From contig NC_086098.1 in the NCBI RefSeq assembly GCF_963921235.1, positions 3,534,001-3,598,000 of the forward strand: a stretch of DNA of 64,000 nucleotides, written 5' to 3'. Under the pieces are notes generated by a model that saw only the letters and a program-made list of their open reading frames with translations, ran no database searches and had not been told where the DNA came from. Positions within the stretch are counted from its first letter, which is position 1. Each line of letters opens with the position of its first letter. This document shows, piece by piece, positions 1-12,465 of this stretch. The position numbers and the translations under genes are program-made. This DNA is from Mobula hypostoma. Its lineage: Eukaryota.

Positions 1-69
1 TAATAATAGTCAATTACAGTAAGAAGTGTATATATACTAGAGGTTATAAAGAAGGCACAACAGTAGCTG

Positions 70-545
70 TATTTCATTAGGAGTTTGAGGAGGTTTGTTT
101 TGTCACCTGAAATACTCGAAAACTTCAACAGGTATATCATGGAGAATATTCCAACTGGCTGCATTACTGTCTGATATGGGGGAAGCTACAGCACAAGGTC
201 AAAGTAAGTTGCAGAAAATTGTAAATATTAGTCAGCTTCATCATGGGTACTGGCTTCTGAAACATCTGCAAGGAGTGGTGCCTCATTAAATCCTCCCACC
301 ACCCTGGACATGCCCTCTTCTCATTGAAAGAGGTACAGAAGCCTGAAGAGACACACTCGGTGTTTCAGAATCAGCATCTTCCCTTCTGAGATCTGACTTC
401 TAAATGGACGTTGCACCCATGAACACTTCCTCACTACTTTTTTTGAACTGCTTGCTTTAACTGAACGATTTAATATACATAAACTACATATAGTTACCAC
501 TGTCACAGAACAACAATTTCACATCATATGCCAGTGACATTATCC
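70..545 (+). mobile_element. Rex1/Babar-type LINE 3' fragment (decayed)
   Basis: Remnant of the RT C-terminus (ENIPTGCITV*YG ... KLQKIV ... HPGHALFS ... RYRSLKRHT) followed by the AT-rich tail shared with many copies in the window. Confidence 0.75.
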
Positions 546-1352
546 CTGAACAACAAGGTTCAGCAGCGCCTTCACTTCCTAAGGAGATTGAAAGCAAGCA
601 ATGCTCCCCCTGCCCAATCTTCACTGAATTCTAGAGAAGCATCGTCGAGAGCATCCGGACAAGTTGCATCTCCGTCTGGTCTGGGAGCAGCTGAGCATCG
701 GACCAGAAGTCCCTGCAAAGGACTATGAGAACAGCCAAGAGGATTGTGGGTCATGGGTCATGCATTCAGGATGAAAGGTGAAAAGGTTAACCAGAACATG
801 AGGTTTCAACGTTTAAGAGAGGTTTGGATGGGTACATGGATGGTAGGAGTATGGAGGGCTATGGTCCCGGTGCAGGTCGATGGGAGTGGGCAGATTAAAT
901 GGTCTTGGCATGGACTAAATGGGCCGAATGGCCTGTTTTTGTGTTGACTCCGTGAATCTATCTATCGGGAACATTTATCAGGTGCACTGCCCTTGACATA
1001 ATCAAGGATCACACCCACCCATCCAGCATCCTCTTTGACATTCTACCATCAGCCAGGAAACTCTGATGCACAAAGACAGGAATGGTCCAGAGGGGAAACA
1101 ATTTCTTCCCTCAGGCCATTAGACTTCTGAACTCCCTGCCACATTGCATTCCAAGTATCACCGGTTAATCTGTTCTGTATCCTACAATATTTAATTTATG
1201 CACTTTGTTTATTTATGAGTAGTTCATCTGTAGATTGTACTCTTACTTTCATAAGCTATTGCGTGTTTTAAGTGTGTGCTTTACACACTGGACTGGAGAA
1301 ACATTGTCTCGTTTGATGGGTTACATGTAAGTAGATAATCAACAATAATCTT
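546..1352 (+). mobile_element. Rex1/Babar LINE fragment interrupted by a CR1 3' end (~749-950)
   Basis: KVQQRLHFLRRLK and SIVESI-like coding at 550-740, resuming at ~960 (IIKDHTHP...FFPQAIRLLN); the middle is a CR1 tail ending GGGCCGAATGGCCTGTT. Confidence 0.75.
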
Positions 1353-1359
1353 GACGATA

Positions 1360-1712
1360 TATATTTTTAAAAATTAAATTAAGTAAGTAATGCAAAAAGA
1401 AAAAGAAAGTAGGGAGGTAGTGCTCATGATGACAGAGGGAAAAAAGCTGTTCCTGAATCGCTGAGTGTGTGCTTTAGACTTCTGTACCACCTCCCTGATG
1501 GTAGCAATGAGAAGAGGGCATGTCCTATGTGATGGGGGTTCTCAACAATGAATGCCACCTTTTTGAGGCATCACTCCTTGAAGATGTCCTGGATGCTGGG
1601 GAGACTAGTGACCGTGATGAACTGACTGAGTTCACAACTTTCTGCAGCTTATTTCAATTCTGTGCAGTAGCCCCCTCCCTGCCCCATACGAGACAGTTAG
1701 AATGCTCTCCAT
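1360..1712 (-). mobile_element. Rex1/Babar LINE 3' fragment
   Basis: Reverse complement of the LLPSGRxYRSL...RFRNSFFP block and tail. Confidence 0.7.
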
Positions 1713-2167
1713 AGGCAGGCAGGTCCAATGTGTCACCATGTAAATTTCTGTTTTGGAACACATGAAGCTTCTGCAGACACAAACATCAGTTCATGCTGCT
1801 GAATGCCATTCAGACTTCATGAGGCACTTCACCCATTGGTCCAAATACTTTACTTGTGCTGTCTTCAGATCTTACTGCTTGCCTGCCCTTAATCACAGCA
1901 TTAACGTCAGAAATCCTCAGTGGTGAGAGCAATTAGTGACACAAGGACATCATTGTGTAGTTGATCACAGTGCCACACGTGAGTCTCTAAACAGTGTGGC
2001 ACATCTGTCAAGGTCAAAGTAAATTTACTATCAAAGAGCACACTTCAGGTGTCACTATATACTACCTTGAGATTCGTTTTCTTGCACGCATTCACAGGAA
2101 AATAAGGAAACACAATAAAATGTATGTAACACTATAGTTTTTCATAAATTCTATTTATGAAAGTTGT

Positions 2168-3197
2168 ATAAGAACACAAGAAATAGGAACAGGAGTAGGC
2201 ATTCTGGCCCATCGAGCCAACCCCACCATTCAATAAGATCATGGCTGATCTGGCCATGGACTCACCTCCACCTACCTGCCTTTTCCCCATAACCCTTAAT
2301 TCTCCTACTATGCAAAAATCTATTCAACCTTGTCTTAAATATATTTACTGAGGTATCCTCCACTGCTTCATTGGGCAGAGAATTCCACAGATTCACCACT
2401 CTCTGGGAAAAGCATTTCCTCTTCATCTCATCCCAAATCTACTCTCCTGAATCTTGAGGCTATGTCCCCTAGTTCTAGTCTCACCTACCAGTGGAAATAA
2501 CTTTCCTGCCTCTATCTTATCTATCCCTTTTATTATTTTATATCTTTCTATAAGATCTCCTCTTATTCCGGTGAATGCCAGTGAGTACAGTCCCAGACAA
2601 CTCAATCTCTCCTCATATTCTAAACCCCTCATCTCTGGAATCAACCTGGGGAACCTCCTCTGCACTGCCTCCAAAGCCAGTATACCCATCCTTAAGTAAG
2701 GAGACCAGAACTGCAGGCAGTACTCCAGGTGCGGCCTCACCAGTACTCTGTACAGTTGTAGCATAACCTCCCTGCTCTTAAATTCAATCCCTCTAGCAAT
2801 GAAGGCCAACATCCCATTTGCCTTCTTGATAGCCTGCTGCACCTGCAAACCAACCTTTTGTGATTCATGCACAAGCACTCCCAAGTCCCTCTGCACAGCA
2901 GCATACTGCAAATTTCTACCATTTAAATAATAACCTGCTTTTTCATTTCTCCTTGCAAAGTGGATGACCTCGCATTTACCAACATTGTACTCCTTCTGCC
3001 AGACCCTTGCCCACTCCTTTAACCAATCTATATCTCTCTACAGACTCTCTGTATTTTCTGCTTAATTTGTTTTGTCCACTCAGTTTAGATTCATCAGCAA
3101 ACTTAGATACACTACACTTGGTCCCCTCTTCCAGATCATTAATGTGTATCGTGAACAGTTGTGGGCCCAGCACTGACCCCTGCAGCACACCACTGAT
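2168..3197 (-). mobile_element. CR1 LINE, 5'-truncated RT C-terminus and 3' UTR
   Basis: [25 protein letters not shown] (decayed FADD), QRDLGVLV, LYRVLVRPHLEY, TRGHSLKI. Confidence 0.92.
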
Positions 3198-3199
3198 TG

Positions 3200-3740
3200 C
3201 TAATAAGACATTGGTGAGGCCTAATTTGGAGTATGTGTGGGACTGTGGTCACCTACCTACAGGAAAGAGTGCAGAGAAAATTTATGAAGATGTTGCCGGG
3301 TCTGGAGGACCTGAGTTATAAGAAAAGATGGAATAGGTTTGGACTTTATTCCTTGGAACGTAGAAGATTGAGAGGAGATTTGTTAGAGGTATGTAAAATT
3401 ATTGGGGGTATAGATAAGGTAAATGCAAGCTGGTTTTTTTCCACTGAGGTCAGTGGGATTACAACTAGAGGTCATGGGTTAAGGGAGAAAGGTGAAAAGT
3501 TTAAGGGGCATATGAGAGGAAACTTCTTCACTCAGAGGGTGGTAGGAGTGTGGAGTGAACTGTCAACACAAGTGGTTCATGTGAGCTCAATTTCAACATT
3601 TAAGAGAAGTTTGGATAAGTAGATGGATGGCAGGGCTATGGTCCCAGTGTAGGTCAATGGGTGCAGGCAATTTAAAGGTTCAGCATAGATTAGATTGGTT
3701 AAGGTGCCTGTTTCTGTGCTGTACTTCTCTATGATTCTAC
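3200..3740 (+). mobile_element. CR1 LINE 3' fragment
   Basis: [37 protein letters not shown]. Confidence 0.9.
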
Positions 3741-5217
3741 ACACAAGCAAAGACTGACAAAGAACCAATGTGCAAAAGAAGACAAATCATGAAAGTAATT
3801 AATAAATAAATAGGCAGGTGTATAGATAGTTAGACAAAAAAACAGACCAAGAGAGAGACGAACAAATAAATAAATAAAACTGAGAACGATCGTTTGCAGA
3901 GTCCTTATAAGTAAGTCAGTTGGTTGTGAACCAGTTCAGAGTTGTAGTGAATGAAGGTATTCACGCTGGTTCAGAAGCCGGATAGTTGAGGGCTATTAAC
4001 TGTCCTTGAACCAGCAGGTGTGGGATCTAACGCTCCTGTATCTTTTTTCCAACTGCAGCAACGAGAAGAAAGCATGGCATGAATGATGATTGTCTTTGAT
4101 TCTGGATGCTGCCTTCTTGTGGCAGTGCTCCTTGTAAGTATGCCGAATGATGGGGAGGGATGTTTCTGTGACAGACTGGGCCACATCCACTTTTTGTAGA
4201 CTTTTCTGTTGCTGGGCATTGTTGTGTCAATACCAACCAGCCAAAATACTCTCCACTGTGCATCTATAGAATCTTGTCAAAGTTTTAGATAACTTTGATA
4301 TCTAAACAAAGTTTTAGAGTCTCAGGGTTGTAAACTGCACACATACTTTAATAATAAATGTACTCTGAATTTTTGAATCCTTGAGGATGCCAAGTCTATG
4401 AAAACTTCTAAGAAAGCAGAAGTGCTGTCGTGTCTTCTTATGTGCTGGTCTGATATGACTCCTGGCCCTGTAGTTATTTTTTTCAAAATCCAGCCAAAGT
4501 AATGATAAAAAGTGACAAATAACTGTGCCCAATATGCAGGGAGAATCAGTATTCCCCACGGGCTGAAGCAGCCTCTATTATTTAACAGAGTTATTGCTAT
4601 ATATAATGGGGCCAGGATTATAAATACTGCTCGCTATTTTATCTGGAATGCTCTATATTTAGCTATTTGCATGCAGAAGGCAGGATTGCTGGGGAAGGAG
4701 CAGCTCATGGCAGGTAGACTGGTGAAACTCAGAGGAACGTTAAATGGATCCAATAAAACACTTATGCTGTCAATTGACCTGGAGACCTTCAAGTCTATTG
4801 CAAACATACACAAAGACATTGAACACATACACACACACAGACACATTCAGAAAATGTTTGGGTAACACACAAACTGACTTACTGCTGGGTGTTGCCCTTA
4901 CATATTTGTCATGAGAAAAGAGATATTTACAGTGTGACAAAGTGAAATAGGACTAAATTTTTTGAGGTGAATTCACTTCTGGTTGGAATCTTACTTTCCA
5001 TATATAGTCAGTATTTTGGCATTGTTTCTAAGCCAGTCATTCATTTTTATTACTTTTTTGAGAAATAAATAGATAAAAATTACAGTAGTTTTCGATATTG
5101 AAATATTTTTCTGTCATTAATGGGTTGACAGATACTTAGTTTCAAATTGACACCATCAAAATCTGAAAGCAACTCAAGCAGGAGAATTCTGCCGAAAATG
5201 TAGATGGAGCATTTCTG

Positions 5218-5800
5218 TTATAAGACCATAAGACATAGGAACAGAACTGGGCCATTCAGCCCATTGAGTCTGTTCCAACATTGCATCATGGCTGATTCAC
5301 TTTCGCTCTCAGCCCCAATCTCCTTCCTCCTCCCTGTAAACTTTGATGTCCTGATGAATCAAGAAACTATCAACCTCTGCTCTAAAGCAGTGTCCTACTG
5401 AAGGATTTTGGCCCGAAACATCGGCTTTACTCTTTTCCTAGATGATGCCTGGCCTGCTGAGTTCCTCCACCGTCTTGTGTGTGTTGCTCGGATTTCCAGC
5501 ATCTGCAGTTTTTCTCGTGTTTGTCTTTAAATATATTCAATGTCTTGGCCTCCACGGCCATCTGTGGTGACAAATTCCACAGATTCATCACCCTCTGGCT
5601 AAAGAAATTCCTCCCAATCTCAGTTCTAAATGGATGTCCCTCTATTTCGAGACCATGCCCTCTAGTCCTAGACTCACCCACTACAGGAAACATTCTCTCA
5701 GTTCTAAATGGACATCCCTCTGTTATGATGCTGTGTCCTCTGGTCCTCGACTCCCCAATATAGGAAACACCCTCTCCACATCCACTCTATCTAGGCTTTA
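5218..5800 (-). mobile_element. CR1 3' end with an internal ~70-bp duplication and a Penelope-type terminal-repeat insertion (~5388-5520, +)
   Basis: MFPVVGESRTRGHGL..NFFSQRV; CTCAGTTCTAAATGGA(T/C) block occurs twice; insert has GGCCCGAAAC and CCTGCTGAGTTCCTCC. Confidence 0.8.
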
Positions 5801-6637
5801 CAGCATCCGTTTTTCTATAAATACCAACAGCCACTGACATTGCTGGCTCAATACGTTAGCCAAAAATAGCAGGGAATGTTTATTTTAATAAAGGAATTGT
5901 TGCAATTGATTTTCTTAGGCCACACAGGCAAGCCACACACAATGTGTTTTTTCTGCAGACAGTGTACATTTCAACCATTATAAATGGAAGTCCGTGACTA
6001 ACAGAGGAATAAGATGAACATCTGTAAATGGCACACCGATATTTTAGTGATAAATCAATGAAAACACGAGCCACTGTTGAAATACTTGTTCTACAAACAC
6101 AGAGAAAAATGTTGTCGGCATTCAATTTGGAGAAAAATGGTAAACATTTTCAGTAATAAGCAGGTGTAACATTCAGCGTGTAACAGATAGGGGAAACCTT
6201 CCTCCAGGACATGATAACAATGCCTGGAGACAGATATTGTCAGCACGTCCATCAGGATTTCCCCAGACAACCACACGAGTGGATATATCGATCGCCATTC
6301 TGTGCTGAGTAGATTGCAGCCTTCAGATCAGACGGCAAGTCATAAGTATTACATCTGAGGAGATATGTAAGCATGCCCATCAAAATAAAGTCACCAGTGC
6401 TAATCCAAACAGACTGGAGTCCTGGTTTCAATCCCTTCTCGATCGTGAATGAGGTGATGTAAGTGAAAGGAGCTCAGCCACCTTGGGCCAGAGGGAAATA
6501 AAACCAGCCCGTGGTTTTGGGTGCCATACAGTAAATGAAGAATGGCTGCGGCTCTCATTTGCTTCCTTCGTGATTAACTGGTTGAAGAATAGAGTGAGAT
6601 ATGGTGTCATTGAGAGTGTCACCAATAACCAGCTCCA

Positions 6638-6915
6638 ACAGTGGCACAGTGGTTATTTCAGCTCGGGGCCTCAGAGTTTGGAGTTCAATTCCTGCGTCCT
6701 TCATAAGGAGTTCATATATCCTCCCCGAAATACATGTGGGTTTCCTCGGGTGCTCAGTTTCCTCTCCTAGTCCAGCGACAATCTGGTAAGTAGGTTGATT
6801 GGTCACTGTAAATTCCCCTGTGATTAGGTTAGTGTTGGATAGATGGATTACTGGTGGTGTGGCTCGTTGGGTCAGGCGGGTCTGTTCTGTGCTGTACGTC
6901 TAAGTAAATAAAATT
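6638..6915 (+). mobile_element. tRNA-derived V-SINE (HE1-like)
   Basis: B-box GAGTTCAATTCC, V-domain core GTGGGTTTCCTCGGGTGCTCAGTTTCCTC, CR1-like tail. Confidence 0.75.
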
Positions 6916-7274
6916 ATTGTTTCACCAGGACCATTCGGGCCCAGGTCTCATCACTACAGGTACCAAAGAATCCCAGAGACTCAGAGGCCTTTGTGAGCCT
7001 TGGCTAGCATGTTTTCAGATCATTAGACATAGGAGCAGAATTATACAATTCGGCCCATCGAGTCTACTCCATCATTCCATCATGACTGAAGATGTTTTTA
7101 CAAGCCTTTGGCCAAAGCATCTTGATAGTTCAACCTCCACATGAAAGCAAGAATTAAAGTGGATTGCCAACTTACTTTTGTGCCAATTGCGCTGGGATTC
7201 TGATGCCCTCACTATATCCAACCATCTAAGTCGTTTGGAGCAAACAATTGCAATGTGTCCATGTTTACACCAGA

Positions 7275-8830
7275 AGACAATAGACACAGGAGCAAAATTA
7301 GGCCATTTTGGCCCATCAGTTTGCTTCACCATTTCATCGAGGTTGATCCATGTTTCCTCTCGGTCCCAATCTCCTGCCTTCTCCCTGTATCCCTTCATGC
7401 CCTGACCAATCAAGAATCTGTCTAACTCTGCCTTAAATATACTTAAAGATTTGGCCTCCACAGCTAATTGTGGCAAAGAATTCCACAGATACACCACGCT
7501 CTGGCAAAAGAAATCACTCCCCATCTCAATTCTAACAGGACTCCCTCTATTCTGAGGCTGTGTCCTCTGGTCTTAGACTCTCCCACCATAAGAAACATCC
7601 TCTCCACATCCACTCTATCAAGACATTTCACTGTTTGATAGGTTTTTAATCAGATCATCCTTCATTCTTCTGAATTCCAGTGAATATAGACCCAGAGCCA
7701 TCAGACACTCTTTGTACGACAAGCTGTTTAATCCTGGAATCATTTTCGAGAACCTTCTTTAAACCATTCATAGTTACAGCACCTCCTTTCTTAGATAAGG
7801 GGCCCAAAGCTGCTTTCGATACTCCAAGTGAGGCCTCACCAGTGTTTTATAAAGTTTCAACATTACCTCCTTTATGTTCTAGTCCCTTTGAAATCAGCAT
7901 CAGAAGCCAGCCAGAAAAGGTTCCCTTTATTCCCACTCTTTGCCTCCTGCCGATCAGCCACTGCTTTACACATGCTAGAATCTTTTCTGTAATACCATAG
8001 GTTCATAGATTGTTAAGGAGTCTCATTTGTCGTTTTTTGTCAAAAGCCTTCTGAAAATCCAAGCACACAACATCAACCAATTCTCCTTTGTCTATCCTGC
8101 TTGTTATTTCTTCAAAGAATTCTAACAGGGTTGTCAGGCAAGATTTTCCCTTGAGGAAACCATGTTGACTCTGGACTATTTTATTATGTGCTTCCAAGTA
8201 CCCTGAAAAAACATCCTTAACAATCAACTCTCAACCACTGAGGTTAAACTAACTGGCCCATAATTTCCTTTCTTCTGCCTGTCTCCCTTCTTGAAGAATG
8301 GAGTCACATTTGCAATTTTGCAATCTTCCGGAACCAGCCCAGAATCTAGTGATCTTGAGAGGTCATTACTAATGTCTCCACGTTCTCTTCGGCCACCTCT
8401 TTCAGAACCTTGGGATGTACACCATCTGGGGTGCAATGGGTTTCAATGAGATCTCCCCTCATTCTTCTAAACTCCAGTGATTACAGGCCCAGACTCATCA
8501 AACACTTCTCATACATTAACCTTTATATCCCCTGAATAATTTTTCTAATCCTCCTCTGTACTCTTTCCAATTCCAACACATTCTTTCTTAAATAAGGGGC
8601 CCAATACTGCTTGCAATGCTTCAAGTGCGGTCTGACCAGTGCCTTATGAAGTCTCAGTATTATATCATTACTTTTATATTCTAGTCCTCTCAAAATGAAT
8701 GCTAACATTGCATTTGCCTTCCTCACCACAGACTTAACCTGCAAGTTATCCTTCAGGGAATCCTGCACAAGGACACACAAGTTTTTTTGCACCTTTGACT
8801 TCTGAATTTTCTCCCCATTTAGAAGATAGT
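7275..8830 (-). mobile_element. CR1 LINE ORF2 fragments (two abutting pieces, internal deletions)
   Basis: QHGFLKGKSCLTTLLEFFE, CLDFQKAFDK, NYGPVSLTSVV, ALVRPHLKHC. Confidence 0.88.
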
Positions 8831-8869
8831 CCTTTACTTCACTTTGTTTTTACATGTTATATAGTAATT

Positions 8870-9200
8870 AGTAATTGGTTTAATATTGTCACAAGTATTA
8901 AACTTTTGTGTTGCACTAACTTTTGATTTGAATTAACATCATGCAAATCAGTTCACACATCAGCTCATCAAGGTAGAACAAGATCGAACGGTAACAGAGT
9001 CTGGAATGCAGTGTCACAGTTACAGAGAAAGTACAGGGCAAGATACAATCAGGTACGAGGCCATGACGATTGTGAGGTCGAGTCTGTCCTATCATACAAG
9101 AAGAGCAGTTAATAGGTTTATGTCAGTGGAAGCTGTCCTCGAGCCTGGTGGTATGCACTTTAGACTCTTGTATCTGCCCGATGGGAGGGGTGGTGGAGAA
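8870..9200 (-). mobile_element. Rex1/Babar LINE 3' tail
   Basis: Reverse complement of PSGRYKSLK..TRLEDSF plus tail. Confidence 0.6.
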
Positions 9201-9214
9201 CTGTGTACATACAT

Positions 9215-10230
9215 CTACTGATGCTTCTGGACACATCTTCAGTGATGTTCCTGGAATCATCGGGTGTTTCGGGTCTTTCAACATCATACAACCTCCTCCA
9301 GGTGACCCAGCCGGGGCTGATCAGACCCCAGCTTGTGTCCAGATGGCTAGCTACTTATGACTCCATGGCTCCCTTTTTTTGAGCCACAGCCATCTTGAGG
9401 CCCTCTCTGCCGCATCGGTGGTACTGCGGATGGCTCTCCTCTTCCTCTCTCCCTCGATGCCCAAATTGCTGAAGGCTCTAACTAAAGAATGGGCTACGAA
9501 TCCCCTACAACCAACCTCCACTGGGAGACACCTCGCTCTCCATCCAGCCTGCGGACAGTTGCTGACCAGTCCTGCGTACTTGGAGATCTTCCTTTCAAAG
9601 GCCTCTTCCAAGCTATCTTCCCATGGGACTGTCAGCTCCAGCAGCACCACTTGCTTAGTCGACTCAGACACTAGGACAATGTCTGGTCGCAGGGTGGTGG
9701 CTGCGATATGGTTGGGGAAGTTCAGCTGCCCTTCGAGGTCTACCAACAGCTGCCAGTCCCTTGCAGAGGTCAGAATGCCTGCAGATGTTCTTTTGGCAGG
9801 TACTGGCTGCTCCCCAGCTCTGACAAAGGCAATGGTCTGCTTGGAGGGTCAGGACCATTTCGCCCACTCAACTCCTGCGCTGACGGCTTCAGCGATGGTC
9901 TTCAGGACCTGATCATGCCTCCACCTGTACCGTCCCTCACCAAGTGCCCTTGCACAGTCGCTGAGGATGTGCCCCGGGGTTCCTCGCTTGGAGCACAGTG
10001 GGCACGCAGGTGACTCTGCCTTGCCCCATGTGTGCAGGTTTGATGGGCTTGGAAGCACATTGTACACTGTCTGGATGAGAAATTGGATGCGGTGTAGTTC
10101 GGCTATCCAAGGATCAGCCCAGGTCACTTTCCTCTCAACCGCATTCTCCCATCTTGTCCAAGCTCACTGTTGCTTCATTCCCACCGCCTTGCAGGCTCTC
10201 ATCTCCTCCACTACTGCTCTCACCTCCTGA
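9215..10230 (-). mobile_element. Hero-clade non-LTR retrotransposon, 5'-truncated (CCHC knuckle + REL endonuclease + 3' UTR)
   Basis: One frame 10229->9351 with in-frame stops: CPLCSKRGTPGHILSDC, RYRWRHDQVL, LRPDIV..LLELTVPWE..ERKISKY, VEVGCRGF, AAERASRWLW. Confidence 0.88.
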
Positions 10231-10289
10231 GATTTACCAATTAACTGAGTTAGTTTATAGGGAGCTGCAAATATGCAAACAATCCAGAC

Positions 10290-10850
10290 CAAAGTCAAAA
10301 GTCACAGTAAATTTATTATCAAAGTATATGTCACAAATACTACCTTGAAATTTATTTTCTTACAAGTATTTACAAAAAAATAAAGAAATACAATTGAACA
10401 ACTATCCATAAACAAAGTCTGCCAATCAAACAATGTACAAAAGACAAAATGTGCACACAAAAAATGTATAAGTATTATTGAGAACATGAGTAATGGAGTC
10501 TTTGAAAATGAGTCTATAGGTTGTGGAGACAGTTCAGCGTTGAGATGAGTGAAGTTACCCACGCCAGTTCAGGAGCCGGCTGGTTGTAGGGTAAGAACTG
10601 ATCCTGAATCTGGTAACATGTGATATAAGGCTCCTGTACCTCCTGCAATGGTGATAGTGAGAAGAGGGCATGGCCTGGATGAATGGGGTCTCTGATGTTG
10701 GGTACTGCTTCCTTGTGACAGCACTCCATGGAAATGTGCTCGGTGGTAGGTAGGGCTCTGCCTGTATCTACCACTCCTGTAGGCTGCCCTGTTCCTGGGC
10801 ACTGGTGTTTCCATACCAGTCCGTGATGCAACCAGTCAGGACGCTATCTG
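10290..10850 (-). mobile_element. Rex1/Babar LINE 3' fragment
   Basis: SVLTGCITDWYGNTSAQE, IRDPIHPGHALFSL. Confidence 0.8.
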
Positions 10851-11074
10851 TAAACCAGCCCACGTTCCTGACAACTGGAGTTCCAGATTCTGACCCTATC
10901 CCACGCTGTTCCGCACCCTGATGCTGACCAGACTCTGGACTACTGGCATGGCCCAAACACCCAACCTACACTCTGATTACCAGCTCCCATTGCTGATCCA
11001 TGTATAAGTCAGATGCCAGACCATCACAGTTTCCCAACAAATGGATGCTCGATCGTCAGAGTTCTATTGTACTT

Positions 11075-12465
11075 AGACATAGAGTCACAGAACATTCAAG
11101 CACAGAAACAGGCCTGTCAGCCCTTCTAGTCCATGTCCAACCATTAATTTGCCTAGTCCCATTGACCAGGACCTGGACCATAGCCCTCCAATCCCTCTCA
11201 TCCATGTACATATCCAAACTTCTCTCTAAAGTTGCAATCGAACCCACTTCCACAACTTCTGCCGGCAGCTCATTCCACACTCTTACCGCCCTCTGAGTGA
11301 AGACATTCCCCCTCATGTACCACTTAAACATTTCATCTTTCACCCTTAACCTATGACCTCTAGTTCTAGTCTCACCCAACCTCAGTGGAAAAGGTCCTCT
11401 TGCTTTTACCTTATTTATACTCCTCATAATTTTGTAGAACTCTATCGAATCTCCCCTCATTCTCCTACGCTCCAAGAAAAAAATTCTAACCTACTCAACA
11501 TTTTCTTATAACTCAGGTCCTCAAATCCTGGCAACATCCTTGTCAATTTTCTCTGCACTGTTTCAATACTATTTCTATCTTTCCTGTGAGTAGGTGACCA
11601 GAACTGCACATGACATTCCAAGGCAGAGCTTAGGGGGGATAATGGCGCCTATCGGCAACTCCTTTGCTTGCATCTTTGGAAACAGCGCTATTTCCGCCTT
11701 TAATATTTTTATTTTTCCCTTTCAGGGTTATTTTGAAGACCCTAACCTGGAGTTACACGCAGGCCTCGGTTCTTTGAGGGAATAGGACCCGTTCTCAGGG
11801 TTCCACGATTGGCCGTTATTCGACATGCCAAGGGTTTGGCCGAAGAGTCTCGCCCGTGTTCACAAGCCTAAGATTTCGGGGCCCTGGGGACGGGCGGATC
11901 GAGGGTCAGTGTCACGGCAGGAGACGTGTGTCGTTGGGGAGGCTGAAAAATCTTTCTCTGTGGGCCCGAAGACCCAAGGTCTTTGCGATCTTCGGATCTC
12001 TTGCCAGGGAGAGAGCAAACCTGTGGTTTGTCGAATGTCGGATGAAATGCGAAGCCTTTGGGGTAACTTTGGTCTGCGTCTGTGCTATTGCTTAGCACGC
12101 ACGTTTGGGCTCGATGACAGTACCGATGCACTTTCTTATTGCCGGGGGAGGAAGGGAAGCTTGCATACGGGAGGAGGGAGCTGGGGGGCGACTTTGGGGT
12201 TCTCACGTTTAACTGTCGTTCATTCTTTGGGGCACTTCACTGTTTTCGTGGATGTTTTGCAAAGAAAAAGCATTTCAGGATGTATATTGTATACATTTCT
12301 CTAACATTAAATTGTACCTTTGAACATTTAAATTTAGGCCTCATCAACAGCTAATACAACTTCAACATAACATCCCATCTCCTGTACTCAGTACTTTGCC
12401 TTATGAAGGCCAAACATTTTCTTTCTGACCCTATCTACCTGTGATGTCAGTTTCAAGGAATTTTT
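11075..12465 (-). mobile_element. CR1 LINE 3' fragment split by an insertion at ~11621-12330
   Basis: ERRRMRGD..TRGHRL..FTQRAVRVWNELP; CR1 sequence resumes at 12331 (AATTTAGGCCTCA). Confidence 0.85.
11621..12330 (+). mobile_element. Non-autonomous retroposon with a Rex1-like 3' tail and CpG-rich non-coding body
   Basis: Interrupts CR1; tail TGCAAAGAAAAAGCATTTCAGG...ATTAAATTGTACCTTTGAAC resembles Rex1 tails; ATGGCGCC near the 5' end. Confidence 0.6.

Larger units (their letters stand above)
2010..4442 (-). mobile_element. Rex1/Babar LINE 3' part split by a CR1 pair (2168-3740)
   Basis: Tail at 2010-2135 continues at 3740; ORF 3996-4190 HCHKKAASRIKD..HAFFSLL..RYRSVRSHT. Confidence 0.75.

Noticed and set aside
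4512..4865. 117-aa ORF in unique sequence
   Set aside because: Non-ATG start, no recognisable domain or splice signals; likely chance
10850..11050. Possible LTR fragment (TGTAA start, TATAAG)
   Set aside because: No matching CA end or TSD identified
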